A DNA stretch of 64,000 bases from Fusobacterium sp. IOR10 (lineage in GTDB: Bacteria; Fusobacteriota; Fusobacteriia; Fusobacteriales; Fusobacteriaceae). A program made the position numbers and the translations under genes. Under the pieces are notes generated by a model. The model had not been told where the DNA came from and made no database searches. It saw only the letters and a list, made by a program, of their open reading frames with translations. The stretch covers positions 1 through 64,000 of the forward strand of contig NZ_WJWY01000005.1 in the NCBI RefSeq assembly GCF_010367435.1. The letters are read 5' to 3'. Positions 10,582 to 18,446 of the stretch are shown piece by piece. Within the stretch, counting starts at the first letter, position 1; each line of letters opens with the position of its first letter.

Positions 10582-12930
10582 TTATTTTTTTGATTGTATA
10601 TATTCATCTATTGCAACTGCTGCTTTTTTACCAGCTCCCATTGCAAGAATAACTGTTGCTGCACCTGAAACTGCGTCTCCCCCTGCAAATATTCCAGCTC
10701 TTGAAGTTTGTCCATTATCATCAGCAATTATTCCATTCCATTTATTAATCTCTAAATTCTTAGTTGTAGAAGGGATTAATGTATTTGAAGAAGTTCCCAA
10801 AGCCATTATTACAGTATCCACATCCATTATAAATTCTGAATTTTCAACTTCAATAAATGAAGCTCTTCCTGAGGCATCCTTTTCCCCAAGTCTTGTTCTA
10901 ATACATCTCATTCCAATTACATTTCCATCTTTGTCCCCTAGAATTTCCTTTGGTAAAGTTAATTCATCAATTATAACTCCCTCTTCCTTTGCATGATGAA
11001 CTTCCTCTAATCTAGCTGGGAAATCCTGTTCACTTCTTCTATATACAATGTGAGCCTCTGCACCTAGTCTTTTACCAGTTCTAACAGAATCCATTGCAAC
11101 ATTTCCTCCACCAATAACTGCTACTTTTTTACCTATTCTTACTGGTGTTCTATATTCCTCCTTGTATGCTTTCATTAAGTTTACTCTAGTTAAAAATTCG
11201 TTTGCAGAAAAAACTCCATTTAAGTTTTCCCCAGGTATATTCATAAATCTAGGAAGTCCTGCTCCACTACCTATGAATACAGCTTGAAAACCTTCTTTAT
11301 CTAAAAGTTTTTCAATAATAGTTGTTCTTCCTATTATTTCATTTGTTGAAATTTTAACTCCTAGTTTTTTAATATTTTCTATTTCCCTTTGAACAACATC
11401 ATCCTTTGGCAATCTAAATTCAGGTATACCATATGTTAAAACTCCACCAGTTTTGTGTAAAGCTTCAAAAATTGTCACATCATAACCTATTTTAGCCAAA
11501 TCTCCAGCAACTGTTAACCCTGCAGGACCACTACCAACAACTGCAACTTTTTTATTATTTTTTTCTAAAACTTCTATGTCTATAGGGTTATTTAACATAT
11601 AATCCCCTACAAATTTTTCTAACTTACCTATTGCTACAGGTTCCCCTTTTATTCCTAGTATACATTTTCCTTCACATTGAACTTCCTGTGGACAAACTCT
11701 ACCACAAACTGCAGGAAGAGAAGTATATTTCATTAGAATTTTTCCAGCCTCTTTAATATTTCCCTTTTTAACCTCTTGGATAAATCCAGGAATATCTATT
11801 GAAACAGGACATCCTAAAACACATAGGGGATTTTTACAATTTAGACATCTAGAAGCTTCTTCCATTGCCTCTTGTAAATTATACCCATAGGTAACTTCTT
11901 TAAAATTAGTTGCTCTTACTTTTGGATCTTGCTCCCTTGCAGGAACTCTTCCCTTTGGTTTTTTAATGTTTTCAACTTGTATTTCTTCATGATCTTCATG
12001 ATCATGTCCCATTGGGCAATCATCTGCTGAGTGAGTAGCTCCATCTTCTTTAACTAAAGAATCTCTTCCCTCTTGAGTTTTATACATTAATTGTCTTCTC
12101 ATTGCCTCATCAAAGTCAACCTTGTGTCCATCAAATTCTGGCCCATCAACACAGGCAAATTTTATTTCATTTCCTATCCTAACTCTACAAGCTCCACACA
12201 TTCCTGTTCCATCAACCATTAATGTATTTAAACTTACAACAGTTGGAATGTTGTATTCCTTTGTTTTTATACATACAAATTTCATCATTATCATAGGACC
12301 TATTGCAACAACATAGTCATAGTGTTTTCCTTTGTTTTTAATAAGGTCATCTAATACATTTGTTACTAGTCCCTTATATCCATAAGTTCCATCATCAGTT
12401 GCAATGTAAACATTTTCTGCAACTTTTTTCATTCTATCTTCCAATATAACTACATCTTTAGTTTTAGCTCCTATTATAACATCTGCCTTTAATCCATTTT
12501 CATTGAACCATTTTACTTGAGGATAAATTGGAGCAGTTCCAACTCCACCAGCTATAAATAAAACTTTTTTGTCCTTTAGTTCTTCAATATTTTCATGTAA
12601 GAACTCGCTTTCTCTTCCAAGGGGTCCCACAACATCTTGGAAATAATTTCCCTCTTCTAATTTTGCCATTTCCTCTGTACTTTTCCCCACTACAAAGAAA
12701 ACTATAGTAACTGTTCCTTTAATTTTATCATAATCACAAATAGTTAAAGGTATTCTCTCTCCAAACTCGTTTATTTTAACAATTAGAAATTGTCCTGGTT
12801 TAGCAGAAGAGGATAGTTTTTTAGCCTCTATTTCCATAAGACATATCTTTTCACTTAACCATTCTTTTTTTAGTATTTTAAACATTTTTCCTCCTCTATA
12901 TAAACTTCTTGTATTTAATTTTATTAACAT
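10582..12930 (-). CDS. Fused NfnA-like (FAD/NAD(P)-binding oxidoreductase) and NfnB/GltD-like (glutamate synthase small-subunit-like, FAD, [4Fe-4S]) protein
   Basis: 782 aa. The N-terminal approx. 280 aa is ferredoxin-NADP reductase-like with a 2Fe-2S Cys cluster (CGACRV...C). The C-terminal approx. 470 aa has CxxC...CP ferredoxin-like cysteines and two Rossmann motifs, VAVVGSGPAGL and VAVIGGGNVAMD, diagnostic of GltD/SudA/NfnB. Confidence 0.7.
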   Translation of the reverse strand: MLIKLNTRSLYRGGKMFKILKKEWLSEKICLMEIEAKKLSSSAKPGQFLIVKINEFGERIPLTICDYDKIKGTVTIVFFVVGKSTEEMAKLEEGNYFQDVVGPLGRESEFLHENIEELKDKKVLFIAGGVGTAPIYPQVKWFNENGLKADVIIGAKTKDVVILEDRMKKVAENVYIATDDGTYGYKGLVTNVLDDLIKNKGKHYDYVVAIGPMIMMKFVCIKTKEYNIPTVVSLNTLMVDGTGMCGACRVRIGNEIKFACVDGPEFDGHKVDFDEAMRRQLMYKTQEGRDSLVKEDGATHSADDCPMGHDHEDHEEIQVENIKKPKGRVPAREQDPKVRATNFKEVTYGYNLQEAMEEASRCLNCKNPLCVLGCPVSIDIPGFIQEVKKGNIKEAGKILMKYTSLPAVCGRVCPQEVQCEGKCILGIKGEPVAIGKLEKFVGDYMLNNPIDIEVLEKNNKKVAVVGSGPAGLTVAGDLAKIGYDVTIFEALHKTGGVLTYGIPEFRLPKDDVVQREIENIKKLGVKISTNEIIGRTTIIEKLLDKEGFQAVFIGSGAGLPRFMNIPGENLNGVFSANEFLTRVNLMKAYKEEYRTPVRIGKKVAVIGGGNVAMDSVRTGKRLGAEAHIVYRRSEQDFPARLEEVHHAKEEGVIIDELTLPKEILGDKDGNVIGMRCIRTRLGEKDASGRASFIEVENSEFIMDVDTVIMALGTSSNTLIPSTTKNLEINKWNGIIADDNGQTSRAGIFAGGDAVSGAATVILAMGAGKKAAVAIDEYIQSKK

Positions 12931-12977
12931 TTTTTTATATTTTTATGATTATATCATAATTTGCTTAGATAACAAAA

Positions 12978-13139
12978 TTAATTTAACCACCAACCTAAGT
13001 CTTTTCCTATCCCCATAGCTAGAAATAATAAAATTAATCCCCCTAGTATTCTTTTTTTCCTATCATTACTTAAAAATCCAAGAACAGCAAAGACCAAACC
13101 AGCTGCTATTACCACCATTGAAGCTACTTTCATTTTCAT
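12978..13139 (-). CDS. Small (53 aa) two-TM membrane protein, not in the ORF track (below the length cutoff)
   Basis: MKMKVASMVVIAAGLVFAVLGFLSNDRKKRILGGLILLFLAMGIGKDLGWWLN. An AGGAGA RBS lies 8 nt upstream of ATG, and the hairpin hydrophobic profile is clean. Confidence 0.45.
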   Translation of the reverse strand: MKMKVASMVVIAAGLVFAVLGFLSNDRKKRILGGLILLFLAMGIGKDLGWWLN

Positions 13140-13180
13140 ATTTATATTCTCCTAAATTTTATCTATTTTATATTGAAAAC

Positions 13181-13831
13181 CTACCATTTTTCCACTGAAT
13201 AACTATAAATTATAAATTTGGAAAAAATATCAATAAATTTTTTCATATCTTCTATATCTTTTTTATCTAAAAAATTATCACTAAATTCAACATATTCACT
13301 CCAATTAAAGGACATGGCTAAATCTACAATTTTTGAATCTGGTATTTTTTTTAAAATATCCTTAAAGGAGAGTCTTAAAATTTCTATTTTATTTTCCTTT
13401 CTAAAATTTATTAAATAATCTCTTGTTAGAATTTCAATTGATTTTTTAAAACCTATACTAGCTATTTCATAAAGATTATATGTTTCTGATATTAAAGCTT
13501 GTCCGTAAACTTCTACAAATCTTTCTGAAATTTTTTTTAATTCCTTTGTATAATCTTTATAGTTTATTTTGTTTGTAATTTTATACTCTATTGGTTGGGG
13601 AATTTTGGTACCAAAGGGTAGTTTATAAGCCATTATAAAATATTTGCTGCATCTGGGGCATTGAGCTATTATGACAAATGTCCTTGTTTCCATATCTGTT
13701 TCGCTTATTGTAAGTACATAAGGTGCAATTCCATTATGGCAATGGGGACACTCATTAATTTTAGGAACATTATAAAATTTTTCTATTCCATTTACTTTTA
13801 CTGATAACCTCTCAAAAATATATTCTGACAT
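13181..13831 (-). CDS. Hypothetical protein with N-terminal Cys4 zinc-ribbon (CPHC...CPRC) and helical C-terminal domain
   Basis: 216 aa; two CxxC pairs about 30 residues apart, then a K/E-rich helical region. Borders the non-coding repeat/CRISPR-like island. Confidence 0.55.
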   Translation of the reverse strand: MSEYIFERLSVKVNGIEKFYNVPKINECPHCHNGIAPYVLTISETDMETRTFVIIAQCPRCSKYFIMAYKLPFGTKIPQPIEYKITNKINYKDYTKELKKISERFVEVYGQALISETYNLYEIASIGFKKSIEILTRDYLINFRKENKIEILRLSFKDILKKIPDSKIVDLAMSFNWSEYVEFSDNFLDKKDIEDMKKFIDIFSKFIIYSYSVEKW

Positions 13832-14181
13832 TTCTAAACTCCTTTAAATAAATTATCTTCCTCCAACTATTTTTTCTTATTGATTGCTATTAACAATTGT
13901 TACACAAATACTTTCATTTTCAAAGATTTGTATCTTAAAATTTACCTTTATTTTAAGCATTTAGATTATATCACAAAATTACAATTTTTTTTTATTTAAT
14001 TATTTATAACATCCTTTATTTTCATGTCATTAAAGATTATTCTTTGCTTTTTTAACTTAAGTTATTATTTCATTTCAATTGACAATCTTTTGTTTTATTT
14101 ATATTAATTCATAATTTTATTTTAATTTACCATTATAAAACATTTAAATTAAAAGGCATAAGATTTTAATTTTATTAAAAC

Positions 14182-14429
14182 AAAAAAAGAAAACCTTTAA
14201 TTTTTCAAGGCTTTCTTTTTTTATTGATTAAAGTTTAGGGTAGGAAACTCTTTAGTTTGACTAGAACAGAAGAGTTAACAAAATTTGATTTATTTTGTAC
14301 AAAGAAATAGTATCATAAAAAGATTTGAAAGTCAAACTATTTGTTTGTATTAATTAAATAATTCCATTATCTATGGAATAGTTCATACTTATTCTAGTAT
14401 TCTCTCTAGAATTTATTAATTTAAAGAAT
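14182..14429. repeat. Non-coding tandem module A (248-bp unit): terminator hairpin plus conserved 36-nt box
   Basis: Hairpin aagaaaacc...ggctttctt + T7 at 14187-14222. The box atagtatcataaaaagatTTTGAAAGTCAAACTATTT at 14307-14342 matches module B at 31/36 positions, and the spacing is identical (terminator to terminator 248 bp, box to box 248 bp). Confidence 0.5.
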
Positions 14430-14620
14430 AAAAAAAGAAAACCATTTTATTCAAAGGTTTTCTTTTTTTTATAAATCAATGTTAAGAAAGGAGATCCTAA
14501 AGTTTATTAAAAATTAGGACTTTTATAATTGAAACTATCCATCACCACAAGATAATAGTATCACAGAATAATTTGAAAGTCAAACTATTTATTCCGCCAT
14601 AACATTAATTGTGTATCTAA
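14430..14620. repeat. Non-coding tandem module B (second copy), immediately adjoining the CRISPR-like array
   Basis: Hairpin aagaaaacc-attttattcaaa-ggttttctt + T8 at 14435-14470. Box atagtatcacagaataatTTTGAAAGTCAAACTATTT at 14555-14590. Confidence 0.5.
14435..14470. terminator. Bidirectional intrinsic terminator (module B), positioned to stop a minus-strand array transcript
   Basis: Perfect 9-bp GC-clamped stem flanked by an A-run (5') and a T-run (3'). Module A carries the equivalent hairpin at 14187-14222. Confidence 0.5.
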
Positions 14621-14785
14621 ATTTATATTCCACATTGGTTAGATTAAAAGTAAAATCTATGAAATTTATAAGATAATAGAAGAAGTATTTACATTCCACA
14701 CTGGTTAGATTAAAAGAATTTTTAGCTGGTTCTGTAACAACTGGTTCTGTAACAAATTTACATTCCACACTGGTTAGATTAAAAG
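14621..14785 (-). CRISPR. CRISPR-like mini-array: 3 repeats (30 nt), 2 spacers (36 and 39 nt); type I-B-like repeat; no cas genes in the window
   Basis: Repeats at 14621-14650 (atttaTattccacaTtggttagattaaaag, 2 mismatches), 14687-14716 and 14756-14785 (atttacattccacactggttagattaaaag, identical). The reverse complement CTTTTAATCTAACCAGTGTGGAATGTAAAT ends in ...TGTGG-ATGTAAAT like clostridial type I-B repeats. The degenerate repeat is distal to the putative leader at 14786-14928. Confidence 0.55.
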
Positions 14786-14832
14786 AGGTATACTTATAAC
14801 CTCATTAAAATTATAGCATAATAATCCTATTT

Positions 14833-14894
14833 CTGTCGACCCCTTAAATTTTTCTATTTTTCCATATAATTTTTACACTGTTAGAGGTCGACAG
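14833..14894. promoter_or_regulatory. GC-rich 9-bp inverted repeat (ctgtcgacc ... ggtcgacag) with a 44-nt AT-rich spacer, in the putative array leader / tldD 3' region
   Basis: A perfect 9-bp dyad in an otherwise AT-rich intergenic stretch. There is no U-tract, so it is not a canonical terminator. Confidence 0.35.
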
Positions 14895-14928
14895 CTTTAT
14901 ATTATTTAATTATTTTCTTGTGTATTCT

Positions 14929-16314
14929 CTACTTTTCTCTTCCACCAACTAAGACGTTCCTAATTTTTATAGAGGGTTGCCCCACATTAGTTGGGACACT
15001 TCCAGAAACTGAACCACACATTCCTTGTCCATATCCTAAATTGTTTCCAACCATGTCAATTTCCTTTAAAACTTCTCCACCATTACCTATTAAAGTTGCT
15101 CCTCTAACAGGTTTTGTTATTTTCCCATCTTCTATTAAATAACCTTCCATAACTGCAAAATTAAAATCTCCTGTGGCAGGATTAACTGATCCCCCTCCCA
15201 TATATTTTGCATACAGTCCTTTTTTTGTACTTTTTATCATTTCTTCAAGTGTTGATTCCCCATTTAAAATAAATGTATTTGTCATTCTTGAAGTGGGAGC
15301 ATATTTATAAGATTCCCTTCTTCCACTTCCTGTGGATTCCATTCCCATTCTTCTTCCATTTAGTTTGTCAATCATGTATCCCTTTAAAATTCCCTTTTCA
15401 ATTAGAATGTTTCTTCTAGTTTTAGTACCTTCATCATCAACTGTTAAACTTCCCCATTCATTTTTTAAAGTTCCATCATCAACAAAAGTTACAAGGGAAC
15501 TTGCTATTTTTTCTCCTATTTTCCCAGCAAATATAGAGTTTCCCTTGGCCACACTTGTAGCTTCTAGTCCATGACCACATGCTTCGTGAAAGATAACTCC
15601 TCCAAATTTGTGATCAATTATTACTGGCATTTTTCCACTTGGACAATAATCTGCATAAAGCATTGTTTTAGCTATTCTTGAAGCTTCTCTAGCATAACTT
15701 TCAACATCTAAATCCCTTAGAAATTCAAATCCCATTGAAGCACCTGGACTCATTCTTCCAGTTTGCATTTCTCCATTTTCTTCAGCTATACTTTCAATAC
15801 TTATTCTACTTCTAATTCTTTCATCTTCAGTGTATAACCCTTCACTATTTGCAATTATTACCTCTTGTTTCACATCTGAATATGAAACTCTCACTTCATT
15901 TATAATAGAATCATAATTTTTAGCTGCATTGTAAGCCTTTCTCATTATATGAACCTTTTCACTTTTCTTTACATCCTCAGGATATATTTCAATTTCATTT
16001 ATATTTTGAAACTTCACTTCATTTAAATCAATGTTTACATCTTCCTTTATTCCTTCTATGGATTTAGATAATTTTTTTGCTGAATTTATTAAACTGTCCT
16101 CTTCCATATTATTAGTATATCCATAAACAGAATAAACTCCTTTAAATATCCTAATTCCCATACCAAAATCTTTTCCAGAATTTGATGTTTCTAGTTTTCC
16201 TTCAGTCATAAAAAGACTACTAACTCTCTTTTTTTCTATGAAGATTTCTGCAAAATCTCCCCCTGTGGATAGAGCTTCCATTAAAATTTTATTTAATAAT
16301 TTTTTATTTATCAT
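14929..16314 (-). CDS. tldD: TldD/PmbA family metallopeptidase
   Basis: 461 aa; the HEACGHGLE zinc motif and Gly-rich C-terminal beta region typical of TldD/PmbA. Only one member of the usual pair is present here. Confidence 0.8.
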   Translation of the reverse strand: MINKKLLNKILMEALSTGGDFAEIFIEKKRVSSLFMTEGKLETSNSGKDFGMGIRIFKGVYSVYGYTNNMEEDSLINSAKKLSKSIEGIKEDVNIDLNEVKFQNINEIEIYPEDVKKSEKVHIMRKAYNAAKNYDSIINEVRVSYSDVKQEVIIANSEGLYTEDERIRSRISIESIAEENGEMQTGRMSPGASMGFEFLRDLDVESYAREASRIAKTMLYADYCPSGKMPVIIDHKFGGVIFHEACGHGLEATSVAKGNSIFAGKIGEKIASSLVTFVDDGTLKNEWGSLTVDDEGTKTRRNILIEKGILKGYMIDKLNGRRMGMESTGSGRRESYKYAPTSRMTNTFILNGESTLEEMIKSTKKGLYAKYMGGGSVNPATGDFNFAVMEGYLIEDGKITKPVRGATLIGNGGEVLKEIDMVGNNLGYGQGMCGSVSGSVPTNVGQPSIKIRNVLVGGREK

Positions 16315-16446
16315 CTTCTCATCCTTTCTTATAAACGTTTACTTTTATTATAGCATATTTTATCTTAATTTATTTCTGCATTTTTTACAAAAAAATAGTA
16401 TAATACAAGTATATAACAAACTTAAAAATTTATTAGGAGGATTCTT

Positions 16447-17037
16447 ATGAGAAACATAATATTTGGACTTTTTGCACTTTCTACTTTTTCTTTTGGAGCT
16501 ACTGGGGATAATAGTATTTACTTTAAAGGTGAATTTACTCCCTTTGCAACATACCAAATTGAACAAAATGATAAAGTAAAAGATGATATTGATGAGGCTG
16601 CTTACGGATTTTATATTGAAAAGACACAAGAAATTTCAAATGGTGTAGAAGCTGGTCTTGGTATAGGATACCAATGGAATGGAAGCCTTAAATATGACAT
16701 TGGATACGACGGAGATTCTTTACCTGAAATGTGTTCTGCTCCTTTGTACGCAACTATTAAAGTTGATCTTCCAGGTTTAAGAACTGGACAATGGACTCCA
16801 TACTTAAAGGGAGACCTAGGTTATTCTTTTAATGACTTAAATGATAATAAAAATTTTTCCTATGAAAATGGTCTTTATTATTCTTTAGGATTTGGACTAG
16901 AAATAGAAGAATTATCAATAGAAATTGCTTATAAAGTAAATACAGGAGAGCTTAATAACAAAAAAACTCATTCTAAATATGATGTTGAAAGCGATAGAAT
17001 TATGTTAGGAGCTGCTCTTAAATTTGATTTAAACTAA
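16447..17037 (+). CDS. Outer-membrane beta-barrel protein (OmpW/OmpA-like small porin family)
   Basis: 196 aa; signal peptide MRNIIFGLFALSTFSFGATG, alternating hydrophobic/aromatic beta-strand pattern, C-terminal ...LKFDLN. Confidence 0.5.
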   Translation: MRNIIFGLFALSTFSFGATGDNSIYFKGEFTPFATYQIEQNDKVKDDIDEAAYGFYIEKTQEISNGVEAGLGIGYQWNGSLKYDIGYDGDSLPEMCSAPLYATIKVDLPGLRTGQWTPYLKGDLGYSFNDLNDNKNFSYENGLYYSLGFGLEIEELSIEIAYKVNTGELNNKKTHSKYDVESDRIMLGAALKFDLN

Positions 17038-17050
17038 TAAGGAGGAATAT

Positions 17051-17452
17051 ATGGCTATCTGGCTTGCATTATTTATTGTTTTTGTGATAATTGAAGTTTC
17101 TTTCCCAGCATTAGTAAGTATTTGGTTTGCTATTTCTGCAATGGTTTTAACCCTTTTATCTGGACGTATTAATAATCTTCTTTATGAATTTTATATTTTT
17201 ATAGGGCTAAGTTTAGTACTGTTGGTTTTAACAAAACCAATTGTGAAAAAAATTACCAGTAAAAAAAATCCAATTGATGAGAGAATTTTTGGTCAAAGGG
17301 TAAAAGTTCTTAAGGTTTCAAATGAAAACATATATGAAGTAAAACTTGATGGAAAGCATTGGAAAGCTATTTGTGATGAAGCATTGCAAGTAGGGGACTA
17401 TGGAATAGTTGAAAAATACGAAGGTAACAAATTAGTTTTGAAAAAAGCTTAA
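17051..17452 (+). CDS. NfeD-family membrane protein (short form, C-terminal OB-fold)
   Basis: 133 aa; two N-terminal TM helices then a soluble beta domain. Sits 19 bp upstream of an SPFH gene, the canonical NfeD-stomatin pairing. Confidence 0.7.
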   Translation: MAIWLALFIVFVIIEVSFPALVSIWFAISAMVLTLLSGRINNLLYEFYIFIGLSLVLLVLTKPIVKKITSKKNPIDERIFGQRVKVLKVSNENIYEVKLDGKHWKAICDEALQVGDYGIVEKYEGNKLVLKKA

Positions 17453-17470
17453 GGTTTAAAGGAGGAATAT

Positions 17471-18391
17471 ATGATTATAACATTTTTATTGATTTTGGTG
17501 GTAATTTTACTAATAATAACTAATATTAGGATTGTCCCTCAATCCCGTGCATATGTAATTGAAAGATTAGGAGGTTACTTAACTACTTGGCAAGTTGGAT
17601 TAAAATTTAAAATTCCATTTGTTGATAGAATTTCAAGAAAAGTTTCTTTAAAGGAACAAGTTATTGATTTTCCACCACAACCAGTTATCACAAGAGATAA
17701 TGTAACAATGCAAATAGATACAGTTATTTATTTTCAAATCACTGATCCTAAACTATATACTTATGGAGTTGAACGTCCATTAAATGCAATTGAAAATCTT
17801 ACTGCAACAACACTTAGAAACATTATTGGTGACTTAGAACTTGATGCCACTTTAACTTCTAGAGATATTATAAATACCAAAATGAGAGCTATCTTAGATG
17901 AAGCTACTGATCCTTGGGGAATAAAAATAAACAGAGTTGAATTGAAAAACATTATGCCTCCAGCAGCAATTCAAGATGCTATGGAAAAACAAATGAAAGC
18001 AGAAAGAGAAAAAAGAGAATCAATTATAATTGCTGAAGGTCATAAAAGATCAGCTATCTTAGTTGCTGAAGGGGAAAAAGCTGCTGCTATCCTAAGAGCT
18101 GAAGCATCTAAGGAATCATCTGTAAGAGTTGCTGAAGGGGAAGCTAAAGCTCTAATAGAATTAACCACTGCTAAAGCTGAAGCTTTAACACTATTAACTA
18201 ATGCTAATCCAAGTGACAAGGTTTTATCACTAAAAGCTATGGAAACATTTGAAAAAGTGGCAGATGGAAAGGCAACAAAAATAATTATTCCTTCTGAACT
18301 TCAAGGTGTAGCTAATCTTGCAACTGCATTTACTGCAGTTTCTAACTCAACTCCTGATGTTAAAACTATAACTAAAACTGTTAAAAAATAA
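17471..18391 (+). CDS. SPFH/band-7 (stomatin-like) protein
   Basis: 306 aa; N-terminal TM anchor, SPFH core, and a C-terminal Ala/Glu-rich coiled region (AEGHKRSAILVAEGEKAAAILRAEA...). Confidence 0.85.
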   Translation: MIITFLLILVVILLIITNIRIVPQSRAYVIERLGGYLTTWQVGLKFKIPFVDRISRKVSLKEQVIDFPPQPVITRDNVTMQIDTVIYFQITDPKLYTYGVERPLNAIENLTATTLRNIIGDLELDATLTSRDIINTKMRAILDEATDPWGIKINRVELKNIMPPAAIQDAMEKQMKAEREKRESIIIAEGHKRSAILVAEGEKAAAILRAEASKESSVRVAEGEAKALIELTTAKAEALTLLTNANPSDKVLSLKAMETFEKVADGKATKIIIPSELQGVANLATAFTAVSNSTPDVKTITKTVKK

Positions 18392-18410
18392 TAGTAAGTA
18401 ACGTGCATTA

Positions 18411-18446
18411 AAAAAGAAGTGTATCCCAAGATACACTTCTTTTTAT
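18411..18446. terminator. Bidirectional Rho-independent terminator
   Basis: aagaagtgtatc-ccaa-gatacacttctt hairpin + T-run between convergent SPFH and Cof genes. Confidence 0.6.

Noticed and set aside
14025-14108. 27-codon + strand ORF (MSLKIILCFFNLSYYFISIDNLLFYLY) in the island
   Set aside because: No RBS, extreme AT-driven codon composition, and a length consistent with chance in 80% AT DNA.
13832-14928. cas genes, tRNA or integrase flanking the CRISPR-like array (which would mark a canonical CRISPR-Cas locus or a tRNA-targeted island)
   Set aside because: Six-frame inspection shows no ORF over 30 codons with an RBS in the island. No cas-like proteins occur anywhere in the 64 kb, and there is no GC-rich cloverleaf-like segment. 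The array therefore appears orphan within this window.
16360-16629. 89-aa Lys/Cys-rich ORF on the minus strand upstream of and overlapping the OMP gene
   Set aside because: It overlaps the start and signal-peptide region of the better-supported + strand OMP gene and the tldD-OMP divergent promoter region. It has no RBS and its low-complexity composition looks spurious.
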